From Candidatus Marinacidobacterales bacterium (GTDB lineage: Bacteria > Acidobacteriota > Vicinamibacteria > Marinacidobacterales > DATDRI01): a stretch of 64,000 nucleotides of DNA. The stretch spans positions 3,168,001-3,232,000 of the forward strand of contig OZ245365.1 of NCBI GenBank assembly GCA_965226495.1, written 5' to 3'. A program made the position numbers and the translations under genes. A model generated the notes under the pieces. The model had not been told where the DNA came from, searched no databases, and saw nothing but the letters and a program-made list of their open reading frames with translations. Shown piece after piece: positions 1 through 10,400 of the stretch; positions within the stretch are counted from its first letter, which is position 1, and every line of letters starts with the position of its first letter.

Positions 1-312
1 CAGGTCTTCATGACCTTGCTCCTCAATGCTTCGGAGGCGATCGAAGGCGAGGGAACGATCACCGTCGAGACTTCGACCCATAACGGGGAGGTTTCAGTGA
101 CGACTGCGGACACCGGCAAAGGCATACCACCTAGTGAGCTCGAGAAAATCTTCGACATAGGAATCAGTCAAAAGGGCCCACAGTTGCGGATGCATGCCGG
201 CCTCGCCAACAGCTATGCGATCGTGCGACGACACCACGGGGACATCAAAGTGGAGAGCGAGCTCGGCAAAGGGACCACCTTCCGAATCCGCCTACCCCTA
301 AGACAAGCCTGA
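1..312 (+). CDS. Sensor histidine kinase, C-terminal HATPase_c domain (partial, runs off window start)
   Basis: N box LLLNASEA, G1 DTGKGI, F box KIFD, degenerate G2 AGLANS and ESELGKGTTF; frame is open from position 1. Confidence 0.85.
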   Translation, partial: QVFMTLLLNASEAIEGEGTITVETSTHNGEVSVTTADTGKGIPPSELEKIFDIGISQKGPQLRMHAGLANSYAIVRRHHGDIKVESELGKGTTFRIRLPLRQA

Positions 313-360
313 ACAACGAATTTCGCGTGGTCGTCGTGGTTGTCGTCTTTGTCGTCTTTG

Positions 361-1191
361 TCAGGCCGCCCGGCTCTCCAGATGGCTCAAAATGGTCGCG
401 GCAGCTTGGTCCGCTTCGCCACGAGACCCCTTCAGCACCGGTACCGAGTCGATGGCACGCTTCAAAGTGGACAGTGCAAACTCAGGCCGGAAACGCGCAA
501 CGATCGTGTTGGCCAGAAGTGCCAGCATGGCCTGTGCAGGTGAGAGCATTCTCGGACGCCAGCCAAAACGCTCCTTGTATTCACACACCACCACCAAGCC
601 AATCGGGAGAGGCCGCGTGCCAACGGTTCCGCCGATATCCTCGACCTGGACTTTTCTCGCCTCACCACCGCCCTCTCTGAGGGAAAGCGCTCTGGCGTAT
701 GGATGGGCGCGTCCTTTCGCGTCGAGAACTGCAAATTCATCGGAATAGTAAGTGGCACCGGCTCGAACGAGCGCCTCCACGAGGGTGCTCTTCCCACTGA
801 AAGAGCGTCCGGGAACAAGGATGGCGCGGTTTCGCCAGCCGACGACCCCCGCGTGAACGAACAACCGGTTCTTAGCATTTAGCGCAACAGTGAACTGAAG
901 ATCCGATTCGAGTGCCTGCATCACCTGCTCCAGGTTTAGACTGCGCGCCACTCGTCTGCTGTCGGAGTACAACAGGTGGTACCGGCGAATTCGCGAGCCA
1001 CCCTTCGTTCCGCCGATGCGAAGCGAGTACAGGTAGTCGACCAACGGCGATGTCGCCGGCTTCCAACCCGGCGGCAGAGCCGCGGCGAGCCGCTCTGGAG
1101 TTTCCTTTTCGCTCACGCGAATGCCGAAGCGAACACCGTACGCTCGAAAGGCCGTGCCTCCCGCCCACCCGAAGCGGTCGAGCTTCTGCAG
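361..1191 (-). CDS. HPr-kinase-like P-loop protein
   Basis: VHAGVV, Walker A GRSFSGKST and YSDE motifs. Frame stays open upstream of the track start (1116) to a CTG at 1191 (LQKLDRFGWAGG); true start uncertain. Confidence 0.7.
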   Translation of the reverse strand: MQKLDRFGWAGGTAFRAYGVRFGIRVSEKETPERLAAALPPGWKPATSPLVDYLYSLRIGGTKGGSRIRRYHLLYSDSRRVARSLNLEQVMQALESDLQFTVALNAKNRLFVHAGVVGWRNRAILVPGRSFSGKSTLVEALVRAGATYYSDEFAVLDAKGRAHPYARALSLREGGGEARKVQVEDIGGTVGTRPLPIGLVVVCEYKERFGWRPRMLSPAQAMLALLANTIVARFRPEFALSTLKRAIDSVPVLKGSRGEADQAAATILSHLESRAA

Positions 1192-1507
1192 TCAAGTAGA
1201 CGGTCGTTTGAGTCTGGGCAAGAAAGAAGCTAGCACCAGTCGTCTCCTCTCAACGGTTCATCTCGTCGTCACTTGGTTGTGAGAGATGTGCGCAAGCAAG
1301 ATCTGGCCACATTTGGAAGGCCAGGACTTTAGCTTTCCGAAACGTTGATTGAACAGTTGTATCTGACAGTATTTCAGTAGGTTAACAAAGCGACTCCGCG
1401 ATGGCAACCGCGGCGTAGGCTTAAACGAGGAGAAACCAGAGCAAGGCGACGTCTAGTAAGCGAAGGCGGGCGGGTGAGCTATTTGAAGATGGCTTCCCTC
1501 CATTACT

Positions 1508-1544
1508 CCCTCTCCCTCAGGGAGAGGGCCGGGGTGAGGGTGGT
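1508..1544. repeat. REP-like palindromic repeat CCCTCTCCCTCAGGGAGAGGG-CCGGGGTGAGGGTGGT
   Basis: 9-bp perfect stem; same sequence occurs twice more at 25784-25915. Confidence 0.8.
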
Positions 1545-1593
1545 CGTAGATAGCGGCGATGAAGTCCAGTATCGATTTCATTGTTACTGTCCA

Positions 1594-1716
1594 CTAGTCC
1601 GTCACGAGCCCATCGATCCGTAGTCCAACACGCATGAGCAAGTCGACGTCCTGGGTATCCCAGGCGCGCGTCTCACGGTTGACGATTTCTTCAATCTCGC
1701 CCCTAACGCTCTCCAT
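1594..1716 (-). pseudogene. Internally deleted remnant of a SnoaL/NTF2-like protein
   Basis: 40-aa ORF MESVRGEIEEIVNRETRAWDTQDVDLLM starting 4 nt after the upstream stop; resembles an NTF2-like first helix but is far too short. Confidence 0.4.
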
Positions 1717-1719
1717 GCG

Positions 1720-3633
1720 CTATTCCTTCAGTTTCTCTTCGAGGAGCTCGCCGGCGATATCCATAAAGTCACGCTCGGTGACGATTCCAACCAGTCGCCC
1801 ATCCTTCACTACCGGTAGGCAGCCGACCCGTCGACTGCGCATGAGCTCGAGCGCCTCTAGACTCGACGTTTCCGGAGAGACAGTAAAGGGGTCTTTTTTC
1901 ATAATGTCCCCCACCGGGACGGGCTGCCCGTCGGTCTCGACGCGCCCTTGCGCCAATAGATGGATGAGCGAACGATAGGAGATCAGCCCCACCAACCGAC
2001 TGTCATGGTCCTCCACCGGTACGTGGCGTATTCTTTCCCAGTCCATCAAGCTGGCTACCAGATCGATGGGCTCGTCCTCGTGAACCGTAAAGAGGTCGGT
2101 GGTCATGAACTGCTCGACCTTCACGTAGTGCTGCTTCCAACCACCCGCCTCTTCGAGCTTTGCCAATTCCCACGTCGCGATCGGTTTCCCCTCTTTCTGA
2201 CGATTGATGGTTGCCGCGGTCAAAGCACTCAGCCTCTCTCCAGATGTACCGTGATCCTTCATTCCGGCGAGCGAGGTCAGAATCCACTGTGAGCCCGTCA
2301 TCTTGGACTCGACTCTCTCCTCGATCACGCCGAGGTATCGTTCGATGTCGGCAGCGACGATATTCCGCCGAGCGAGGCCCTTCCGCGCCAAGGGCAGCAA
2401 GCTCTCCAGAATAAGCTCGCCCGCCGGACAGTTCTTTCCCTCCAACCAAGTAAACTCGGCCTTCAGCCCCTGCCGACTGGCGGCCATGAAGTTCGCGGCC
2501 GCGTCCTCAAACTCCATGACTTGCGTGATGTCCTCGTACTCTTGAGAGAGCCCGCTGATCAGCCCGAACCAAAACGCGGCGTTGGCGATTTCGTCGAGCG
2601 GCGTCGGTCCCGAAGGCAAGACGCGGTTCTCGATTCGGAGGTGCGGCTTGCCGTCCGTTATCCCGTAACAGGCGCGGTTCCATCGATAGACCGTTCCATT
2701 GTGCAGACGAAGCGCCTTGAGATCGGGAGCCTCACCCTTTTTGAGCTTGGCGAAGGGATCTTCGTCCAACTCCGCTCCCAGAACGATCTTGAACCTAGCG
2801 ATGTCTTCCTTGAAAAGCTCAGCGGCGGAGCTCTTGACCCAGCTCCGGCCGAAGCTGACACGAGGGCTGCGGTCGCGCAGGTGGTGGCTGGAGCTTCGCG
2901 TATCTACAGCCTGCTGAAAAAGTGCGATCCTCGTCTCACTCCAAAGACGTCGGCCGAAGAGCAACGGTGAGTTAGTAGCCGCCGCAATGACCGGAGCAGT
3001 GACCGTCTGCGCGACGTTGTACAAATTCGCGAACTCATCCGCGGCCACTTGAAAGTGAACCTGGAAGCTCGTGTTGCAAGCCTCGAGCATCACGGAATCG
3101 TGCTTGATCAGAACCTCATCGACTCCTTTGATGCGGAACTCGTAGGCCCCGCCTCGTAGTCGACTGAGGGCCCGATTCAACGCGAAATAGCGCGGGATCG
3201 GCGTCATGTTGTCGAGCCCCAAATCCGATTTACGGAGAGTCGGGAGAATGCCAGTCAACACGATTTCCCCGCCGCAGCGTTGGGCCGCCTCCCTGGCCTT
3301 GGTCAGCATCTCGTTGAGCTGCGATTCGAGGCGGGAGAGACAATCACCGCCGAAAGCCAGCGGATCGAGATTCACCTCGAGATTGAACTTGCCAAGCTCC
3401 GTCGTGAAATGGGGATCGTCGATCTCTTCGAGTACTTCGAGCGCCAAACCGGCCGGACGCCAGCCGTCGTCGACCAAGAAAAACTCCTGCTCGGCTCCGA
3501 TGCGCCGCACGTCCGACTCGATCATGCCCTCATCGAGCATGGTCTCGAACGCCCGTAGGTCATTCAGCAGGCTCTTCATGAAGAGCCGTAGCTGTTCACC
3601 GGAGATGTCGGGCTGAACTTGCTGCTCACCCAT
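1720..3633 (-). CDS. Glutamate-cysteine ligase family 2 (GCS2-like) protein with C-terminal CBS pair
   Basis: IGAEQEF, TELGKFNLE, CNTSFQVH, NGTVYRWNR, HLRIENR; tandem CBS domains (IRHVPV, VGCLPVV, GIVTERD). ATG 3633 preferred over GTG 3654. Confidence 0.9.
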   Translation of the reverse strand: MGEQQVQPDISGEQLRLFMKSLLNDLRAFETMLDEGMIESDVRRIGAEQEFFLVDDGWRPAGLALEVLEEIDDPHFTTELGKFNLEVNLDPLAFGGDCLSRLESQLNEMLTKAREAAQRCGGEIVLTGILPTLRKSDLGLDNMTPIPRYFALNRALSRLRGGAYEFRIKGVDEVLIKHDSVMLEACNTSFQVHFQVAADEFANLYNVAQTVTAPVIAAATNSPLLFGRRLWSETRIALFQQAVDTRSSSHHLRDRSPRVSFGRSWVKSSAAELFKEDIARFKIVLGAELDEDPFAKLKKGEAPDLKALRLHNGTVYRWNRACYGITDGKPHLRIENRVLPSGPTPLDEIANAAFWFGLISGLSQEYEDITQVMEFEDAAANFMAASRQGLKAEFTWLEGKNCPAGELILESLLPLARKGLARRNIVAADIERYLGVIEERVESKMTGSQWILTSLAGMKDHGTSGERLSALTAATINRQKEGKPIATWELAKLEEAGGWKQHYVKVEQFMTTDLFTVHEDEPIDLVASLMDWERIRHVPVEDHDSRLVGLISYRSLIHLLAQGRVETDGQPVPVGDIMKKDPFTVSPETSSLEALELMRSRRVGCLPVVKDGRLVGIVTERDFMDIAGELLEEKLKE

Positions 3634-3697
3634 GGCATCGTCCCCCTCGGTCACGATTCTATGGGTACTGAGGGATCGGAATCAAAGGGACACGGGG

Positions 3698-4090
3698 CTA
3701 CTGAGCCTTACGAACCGCCGCCGCAAGCGGCAAACGAAGCGTCGCAACACAACCGGGTTCCGATCTTCGGTTCTCGAGGGTGAGATTGCCGCCATGTGCT
3801 TCCGCGATCTGACGGCTGAGCACGAGTCCAATGCCCGAACCCTCCGCCTTGGTGGTAAAGAAGGGCACGAAAAGATTCGACGTGTTGGAGAGACCGGGGC
3901 CGTCGTCTTCCACCCAGACCTCGAGCCTTTCTCCCTCTGTCGTCCAGCCCACTCGCACCCCGCCATTGGTTTCTTGGGACGCGTCAACGGCGTTGTGTAT
4001 CAAGTTGATGAGAAGCTGTTCGAGCTGTGAGGCGTCGGCTTGGATCACGAGATCCGGGCCCGAAGACACTTTCACCGGGAGACGGGTCTC
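3698..4090 (-). pseudogene. C-terminal (HATPase) half of a disrupted NtrY-like sensor kinase
   Basis: ETRLPV...QLEQLLINLIHNA...DDGPGL...FVPFFTTKAEGSGIGL; upstream it is fused directly to transposase sequence. Confidence 0.85.
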
Positions 4091-4782
4091 TTGCCGTGCC
4101 GGCCGGCGTAGCGCGCCGATTGCCCGCACGCGCAAGGCAACGTCGGGCCGGCATGGTCCGACGTATCGGCGTTCAGTCGTTGTTCCACGGCGCGGGCCGC
4201 CACGCGCATCGCCATGCGACGCACGGCCGTTTCCATGGCCTCGAAATCCCACTCGTCGACGACGCCCGTGCCTAAGAACGCTTCGATCTCGGTGACGATC
4301 TCGGCTTCGAACGCTGTTTTGAAGCCCCCTTTTTGACCGCCTCGTGCGAGGCGGCCTCGGAAGCTCCCAACTGGGTGTCGCCCCACTGCTCGCAGGCCTG
4401 CCAGTATCTTTCCACCAGCTTACGAAACTCCTGGCCTGCTTCGACCTGCTGGCGGGCTAAAGCGGCCTGCTCCGCGCTCAGATACCGGGACCGCGTCTTT
4501 CCTCCTTCGGCCCGCGTGAGGCTGTAGTACGGGCCGTGTCGCGCTTGCCGGTCGTGCTGGCAGCGACACTCCTTGTGACCACACTTCATAAACCGCTCCG
4601 ACACCGAGCCGCGGCGCATCGGACTCGGCTCAGCCAGTTCTTTAGCGAGCTTACGAACAACTGCAGGGACTCGTTCACGGGGCATTCCCACCTCCTACGA
4701 CTATTATAGCCGTAGGAGAGAAGTTCGCAAAACTACTCCACTCCGCGCAATCCGAGCTTCAGCACACTGGTGACGTGCGCCC
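4091..4782 (-). mobile_element. ISKra4-family (IS256-related) element, left part only
   Basis: Small Zn-finger ORF followed by a transposase N-terminus (DFEAMETAVRR...CACGQSARYAGRHGK) truncated at about 4091; candidate end GGGCGCACGTC at 4782. Confidence 0.6.
4272..4691 (-). CDS. DUF6788-like small protein associated with IS transposases
   Basis: MRRGSVSERFMKCGHKECRC...HGPYYSLT motif. Confidence 0.75.
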   Translation of the reverse strand: MGMPRERVPAVVRKLAKELAEPSPMRRGSVSERFMKCGHKECRCQHDRQARHGPYYSLTRAEGGKTRSRYLSAEQAALARQQVEAGQEFRKLVERYWQACEQWGDTQLGASEAASHEAVKKGASKQRSKPRSSPRSKRS

Positions 4783-4877
4783 AGGGACAGGCTCCAATTT
4801 GACATGAGCGTTCAATCCCAACTAGATTCTTCACCCTGATTGTAGGCAGCTCACTGTGACAGCAGAGGAGGGAATCG

Positions 4878-5387
4878 ATGGCGAGCTTCACGGATCGGAT
4901 GCTCGGCGCTGCAAAGCTGGACGTTGACACCTACGAGGAAGTGGAACACGACCAGGCGGCTACGGGGCAGGCCATGGGGGTGGTCATCATCTCCAGTCTT
5001 GCAGCGGGAATCGGCTCGGTCGGGGGCGGTGCGTCTGGGCTGATTGCAGGGACGATCGGCGCACTAGTGGGCTGGTTCATCTGGGCGGCGCTGACTTTCT
5101 TAATCGGCACGAAGATCCTGCCGGAACCGCAAACCAAGGCAGATCTGGGCGAGCTGCTTCGGACCATTGGCTTTTCGGCGTCTCCGGGCGTCCTCCGGAT
5201 ATTCGGGATGATTCCCTTGCTGGGCGGTCTGATCGCGCTCGCGGCGAGCGTCTGGATGCTGGTCGCCATGATCGTCGCGGTCCGACAGGCGCTGGACTAC
5301 ACCAGCACCGGGCGGGCCGTGGGCGTCTGTGTCATGGGTTGGGTAGTGCAAGTCGCTATTTTTTTCACTTTGCGCCTGTTTGTATGA
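4878..5387 (+). CDS. Yip1-domain membrane protein
   Basis: RBS GAGGAGG; YEEVEHD..ATGQA, LLRTIGF, AVRQALD motifs; about 5 hydrophobic helices. Confidence 0.85.
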   Translation: MASFTDRMLGAAKLDVDTYEEVEHDQAATGQAMGVVIISSLAAGIGSVGGGASGLIAGTIGALVGWFIWAALTFLIGTKILPEPQTKADLGELLRTIGFSASPGVLRIFGMIPLLGGLIALAASVWMLVAMIVAVRQALDYTSTGRAVGVCVMGWVVQVAIFFTLRLFV

Positions 5388-5519
5388 GCCGCCACCGGCG
5401 CGCTACTCGCCGTCGTGGAACTACAAGACGCCCTGCCCTTGCCCATGTTGTCAGCGCAATAGCACACTCATCGCTACAGAGCAAGAAGACCATGTCATGA
5501 GCTTTCTCTTTGGCCTCCA

Positions 5520-5825
5520 AGCCCTCCAGAGTGACGAAACCCGTAACTGCCCTGTCTGCTTTTACGAAGCGGAAATCGACAGCCTTTCCTCAACCGCGCT
5601 CGGTGGCCGACGTTCGCACGGTTGGACTTCCGGTTCACCCATCGCACCGGAGGCGGTGAAGGGAGATGGCTCTGGTACATGGAACTCTTGAATGTCCTGA
5701 ACCGCGACAACACGCTGGTGGTCAACCCCACCATTATTTTTCGCGGCGGCCGGCCCATCATTCAGGAAGAGCAAGTCTCCTCTCTCCCGCTGACCACCAA
5801 TTTCGGGGTACGATTCCGGTTCTAG
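5520..5825 (+). pseudogene. 3' fragment of a TonB-dependent receptor-like outer-membrane barrel
   Basis: LDFRFTH...YMELLNVLNRDN...NFGVRFRF ending in a terminal Phe; no N-terminal part, frameshifted. Confidence 0.6.
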
Positions 5826-5853
5826 ACTCTTCACAACCACTCCGCCAAGCGTA

Positions 5854-6477
5854 TTGAAAGTGCTACCACTCTTGATCGTCGGGCTCACCCTGATGGCTGC
5901 GGCGCAATTCCAACCGCTCGAGAGCGACGGTCCAATTCCATATTTCATTGCGGAGCCTGGTGCCGTTGGCGGGTTCGAGTCGGGGGATAAGACGCTCGCC
6001 GAGTGGGCTCTCAAGGCATGGGAGCGCGCTGCCGAAAGCTCTCTTCGCCTTCGACCTGCCGCCGAGGATAGAGCTCTTCTTGTGGTGCACTGGGTCCCCG
6101 CCACCGGCGGTCTTTACGGAGAAGCGATGCCCTTTACCAAAGACGGACGGAGTGGCGCGACCATCTTCGTCCGGCCGGTAACCTTGGGACTCGGAGAGCA
6201 GTTGTCCCGTCTAGCCAAGAAGGATCGTTTGCTCCGAGACACGATCTTGTACTTGACGTGCCTTCACGAGCTCGGGCACGGCCTCGGGTTGAAGCACACC
6301 GATCAGTACGATGACATCATGTATTTCTTCGGTCATGGCGGCGACATACCAAACTATTTCATGCGCTACCGGAAAAAGCTCGAGACCCGAGACGATATAC
6401 GCCGACATTCCGGGCTGTCGGGTGCCGACGTGAAGAGGTTGCAACAACTGTATGCGGATCGAGGATTGAGTAGATGA
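5854..6477 (+). CDS. Secreted matrixin-family (metzincin) zinc protease
   Basis: Signal peptide; HELGHGLGLKH zinc motif and Met-turn DIMY. Confidence 0.9.
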   Translation: MKVLPLLIVGLTLMAAAQFQPLESDGPIPYFIAEPGAVGGFESGDKTLAEWALKAWERAAESSLRLRPAAEDRALLVVHWVPATGGLYGEAMPFTKDGRSGATIFVRPVTLGLGEQLSRLAKKDRLLRDTILYLTCLHELGHGLGLKHTDQYDDIMYFFGHGGDIPNYFMRYRKKLETRDDIRRHSGLSGADVKRLQQLYADRGLSR

Positions 6478-6671
6478 CCAACCACAAGTTCGGAGCCTGC
6501 GTTTTCGACGCCTACGGCACGGTATTCGACGCCCACTCCGCCGTCGGCCGACTGAAGAAATCAGTCGGCGAGCGGGCGGGAGAGCTCTCGCAGGTCTGGC
6601 GTACCGAGAATTCTGTGAGGCGGCGAGCCGCTCGGCCGAGTCGCCCCCTCTCCTTGAATTCGACCCACTGA
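6474..6671 (+). pseudogene. Truncated haloacid dehalogenase type II (HAD) N-terminus
   Basis: FDAYGTVFD motif I and LSQVWR; similarity is lost after about 6607; ATGA overlap with the protease gene. Confidence 0.7.
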
Positions 6672-6708
6672 CCCGCTAGCCTTCCGGGGGATTGTAAATA
6701 CTGGTTCT

Positions 6709-7350
6709 ATGAACCGTAAGCTTGCCTGGCTATCCGGCTATGCCATCGCCATGGCGGCGCTCGAAGCGATCGTCGTCGTCTACCTGCGCACGCTCTACTA
6801 CCCCGAGGACGTTCGACTCATCTTTCCGTTGAAATTCATGGCGGAGCTCGACTTTGTCCTCGAGCTGGGAAGAGAGGCTGCGGCGGTAGCTATGATTCTG
6901 GCCGTCGCCGCCCTCTCCGAATGGGAGAGGCGTGGGCGGGTCTTCGCGGCTTTCGTCTACGTTTTCGGCGTGTGGGACGTGTTTTACTACGTCTGGTTGA
7001 AAGTGATGATTGGGTGGCCGATGAGCTGGCTCGAGTGGGACGTATTGTTTCTGATGCCATGGATCTGGCTAGGGCCTTGGATTTGCCCGGTGATGATCGC
7101 GCTTCTCTTCATCGTTTGGGGCTCGCGGACGCTCAGGTTCAGCGGCTCCGGCAGCTTCTCGAAGATAGCGTTGGTCCTCTTCGTCGGAGGCTCGATCCTG
7201 TGCATCGTCACTTTTTTGCAGCCCGCGATTCCGATACTGGTGACGGAGGGTGTGGAGGGCATACAAGACTTTGTGCCGACAACCTTCTGGTGGTGGCTCT
7301 TCCTTCCTGGCTACGGGCTCATGATGGCGGGAATGGCGCGAGCTCGATGA
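6709..7350 (+). CDS. Conserved hypothetical multi-pass membrane protein
   Basis: About 6 hydrophobic segments; FGVWDVFYYVWL and WDVLFL motifs. Confidence 0.75.
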   Translation: MNRKLAWLSGYAIAMAALEAIVVVYLRTLYYPEDVRLIFPLKFMAELDFVLELGREAAAVAMILAVAALSEWERRGRVFAAFVYVFGVWDVFYYVWLKVMIGWPMSWLEWDVLFLMPWIWLGPWICPVMIALLFIVWGSRTLRFSGSGSFSKIALVLFVGGSILCIVTFLQPAIPILVTEGVEGIQDFVPTTFWWWLFLPGYGLMMAGMARAR

Positions 7351-7550
7351 ACGGCGATCGCTTTTCATTGCTTCGCTGTCGTCGCGCCGCGCGCGTCGAC
7401 CCCTGAAGCGCTTCATTCGGGCTCGTCTGCTCCACAGCATCGCCGCACTCACGGCTATTTCAGCTTCTTCAGCACGTCTTTGATCTCACTAAGCTCGTCG
7501 ACCTTGACGAACCACCTCCCAGCCGTATAGAAGCGTACCGGGGGTGATGC

Positions 7551-8045
7551 GTGAAGAAATGGCTCGTGCGTCTTGGCGGGATCCTGATGGTGGCGGTGCT
7601 GATCGCCGCCGGCTACGTCCTTGGTTACGACCGTGGCGCTCGTACCCGAACGACAGCGGAGCAGCAAGCGCTCGAGCATGAGTTCGAGCGCTCGATGACG
7701 GGCGTGATCCTTGAAGGCTCCTTCACTGTCGATGGTCGAGAGGATAGCGAGCTCACCGTGGAGCGTTACACCGTGGAGCGAGTCGAGCGGATGGCTGGCG
7801 ACATCTGGGTGTTTCATGCGCGCATCCAGTACGGTGAGCGTGACGTGACACTCCCCGTCCCGGTGCGCATCCGGTGGGCCGGTGACACGCCGGTGATCAC
7901 ACTCACGGACGCGAACATCCCGGGCCTCGGGACGTTCTCCGCACGCGTGCTCTTCTACAGGGACCACTACGCGGGTATGTGGAGCAACCCGCGCGTGGGC
8001 GGCCACCAGTTCGGCATCGTCGTGCGCGAACCCGCCAGAGAATAG
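7551..8045 (+). CDS. Hypothetical membrane-anchored or secreted beta-rich protein
   Basis: N-terminal TM/signal, then WAGDTPVITLT..IPGLGTFSARVLF; plausible RBS. Confidence 0.7.
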   Translation: MKKWLVRLGGILMVAVLIAAGYVLGYDRGARTRTTAEQQALEHEFERSMTGVILEGSFTVDGREDSELTVERYTVERVERMAGDIWVFHARIQYGERDVTLPVPVRIRWAGDTPVITLTDANIPGLGTFSARVLFYRDHYAGMWSNPRVGGHQFGIVVREPARE

Positions 8046-8046
8046 G

Positions 8047-8520
8047 AAGGATAGGAAAATTCATACATGTCCGGCTCCGGTCCGCGCGAATTCCCCCCAC
8101 CAGAATGGGGCTGTGCAGTCCGAGTGAGTCCTGGTGAGGGTAGCAGAACTCGAGCAAACGGGGTAAGGCGGTGGAGGAGTGTCTGTGTCCGGGGGGATGT
8201 ATGTGAAGAGCCACTCCAGCCGACTCGTGTCGGGGTATCGAACAAGTGGCGTGGTCGGAAGCCAGTGGCTAGGGCTCGGGTGGCGGGCGGGAGTCGCTGT
8301 TTCGTTTTTCGAGATGAGCCAAGATTTTGTGAATCACCTTCTGCTCGGTAATGAAGGAGATGAGGCGTAGCTGACCGCCACCATCGCACTTGAGAGGATC
8401 GGTCTGATGGACGCGCTTGATGAACTGGGCCCATCTTTTCCTGAGCGCGGCGCACTTTTGCGGGGACAGCTTCGGCTCAGAGTTGGGTTCGGCGCCTTGT
8501 TTGCCGGTGAGCGGTTGCGT
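8047..8520 (-). mobile_element. IS91/ISCR-family 3' remnant, copy A
   Basis: Encodes RKRWAQFIKRVHQTDPLKC..LISFITEQKVIHKILAHL..RPPP; ends in GTATGAATTTTCCTATCC(TT), resembling ISCR oriIS ends. Confidence 0.8.
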
Positions 8521-8902
8521 TGTAATGCTGAGGCCACTCGAGAGACTTAAGTCTCTAAGCACCAGCTCGCTGACCGCGGGCCATCGTCTGACGGAGTGCC
8601 AGCAACGCCCAAGCGTAGGCTGCAACGAGGGCGAGAACGCCGCCGCCGAGGACAATGGCAGTTCCTGGGGTCAGATCCGCCAGGGCGCTGCCGCCGAACG
8701 CCTGAGCGACGCTCACGGCGGCCAAACCGAGGTAGCCGGTACGGGTGCAATGGGAGTTGGAGCGGGCGGTTTGGGGTCTCACGGCAGAGGAAATGGGCCT
8801 TCGAGCAGTCCTGCGGAAGAGCTTGGGAGCTGCTTCGGGCCGCGGTCGTTGGATCTGGACACACGACGACCGTCGAATTCGCACCGAGATTGAGCGGAGA
8901 AG

Positions 8903-10174
8903 CTAAGCGGCTTTGCGAACCAGCACCGGAAGCATCTTGCCTGGATCGAGATAAGCGATCTCAAAGGGTGAATCGACGGGTCCTTCTCGAGCCCGTGCTC
9001 GAGGAGGATGGACGGCGGTTAGATGGGCGGGTTGTCGACCGAAGTAGATTTCATCGGGAGTGGCACCACCCAAACCCTGATGCGGTCTCAGGTAGGTGTA
9101 GTAGTAGAGCCCGAGCTCGAGCCGTTGTTGGAGGTCTCGTTTGGTGAGGGGTTTGAACGAACGTAGGCGCAAAGTGTCTTTGAGGGTTCTCCAGAATCTT
9201 TCGATGGTCGCAATGGAACCGTGCCGACCAATAGCACCGAAGCGCTGCCGGGTGCCGAACCGGCGAAGGGTTTTGCGAAACCGCTTCCCGGTGAACTGGG
9301 TCCCCTTGTCGGAGACGAAGTGTCGGGGCGGGCCGAAACGAAGCGCGGCCCGTTGAATGAGCCGGCCCATTTGGCGGGCAGAGGGTTCTTTCCAGAAGAC
9401 TTTAGCGACAAGGGGCATGCGGGAGAAGACATCGAGTACGACCACGAGCTTGAAGGAAAACAATCGAAAGAGACTCGGGATGGTGGTGATATCGGCCATC
9501 CAGATGTGATTCGGACGACGAGCCCGAGGAGCTCGACCCGACTTGGCTGTTCTTTCGGGAACGGGGGTTTGGGGAGGTTTTTCTTTGAACATTCTCCCGA
9601 CGGAGCGTTTGGAGATCTTCCAACCGGCCCGACCGAGCATTTGCGCGATCTGCTTGCAGCCACCGAAACCGTTAAGGCGCATGGTGTGGACGAGATGGCG
9701 GACGACATCGGCGTAGCGCCGGACCGGAGGCTGGGGACGGACGAGCGAGCCCACGGTTTCTTGTTCGGGGTGGGCCGCGACTTCCTGCTCCCACCGGGCC
9801 ACCGTGTTTCTCGAGATCGCAAAGAGCTGGGCGGTTTCCTTCTGGGAAAGGTCAAGGAGAGACTTGAGCTCGAGGATCTGGAATCGCAGGTGTGGGGTGT
9901 AATGAGGCCGACGTCTTTCCGGAATCTTTTGCCAGCGCTCGGACAGGATTCGGGAGACGGCTTCGTAACACCGTGTCAGGATGGCCAGCCTTCGCACGTC
10001 GGCAAAGGCGATTTGAAGGGGCTCGTCGGAGTTTCTGTACTGAGCGAGCTGGGTTCCACAGGCGAGGCCAAGAAGTCGCGTGGCCTTGATCAGAGCGCGC
10101 AGGGCGTCGGGGTTGAGCTCGGGGTGATTCGCCAGCGTGACGAGAAGGCGTTCGGCGTCAGAGCTCCCCTTCAT
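8903..10174 (-). CDS. rve/integrase-core DDE transposase (IS3/IS481-like) with N-terminal HTH
   Basis: WMADIT, LDVFSR, VSDKGTQF, IERFWRTLK, RPHQGLGGATP; ATG 10174 has an RBS. Confidence 0.85.
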   Translation of the reverse strand: MKGSSDAERLLVTLANHPELNPDALRALIKATRLLGLACGTQLAQYRNSDEPLQIAFADVRRLAILTRCYEAVSRILSERWQKIPERRRPHYTPHLRFQILELKSLLDLSQKETAQLFAISRNTVARWEQEVAAHPEQETVGSLVRPQPPVRRYADVVRHLVHTMRLNGFGGCKQIAQMLGRAGWKISKRSVGRMFKEKPPQTPVPERTAKSGRAPRARRPNHIWMADITTIPSLFRLFSFKLVVVLDVFSRMPLVAKVFWKEPSARQMGRLIQRAALRFGPPRHFVSDKGTQFTGKRFRKTLRRFGTRQRFGAIGRHGSIATIERFWRTLKDTLRLRSFKPLTKRDLQQRLELGLYYYTYLRPHQGLGGATPDEIYFGRQPAHLTAVHPPRARAREGPVDSPFEIAYLDPGKMLPVLVRKAA

Positions 10175-10400
10175 GGTGGACCTTTCCTCTAATAATGTTG
10201 GGGGGAGTGGATTGAAGCCAGGATAGCACATGGTGGGCGAGGCGAAACCATTGCCTGGCGAGAAGCAGCTTTCGGTCCTGAGTCTATCGAAGAGCGTGGC
10301 GCACTTTGCCGTGGAGACGCTGGGGATGCGAGGCAAAGCCTGGGCGTGCATGTGGGAATAGGGAATCGACAGATTCCCTGACAGAGCTATCGACTAGACT

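Noticed and set aside
1192-1194. In-frame TGA just upstream of the HPr-kinase-like gene as possible Sec
   Set aside because: No convincing coding sequence upstream and no clear hairpin; better explained by a CTG start or an N-terminal lesion.
1290-1310. Sigma-54 promoter upstream of the HPr-kinase-like gene (TGGCCAGATCTTGC)
   Set aside because: GG-to-GC spacing is 9 nt instead of the required 10.
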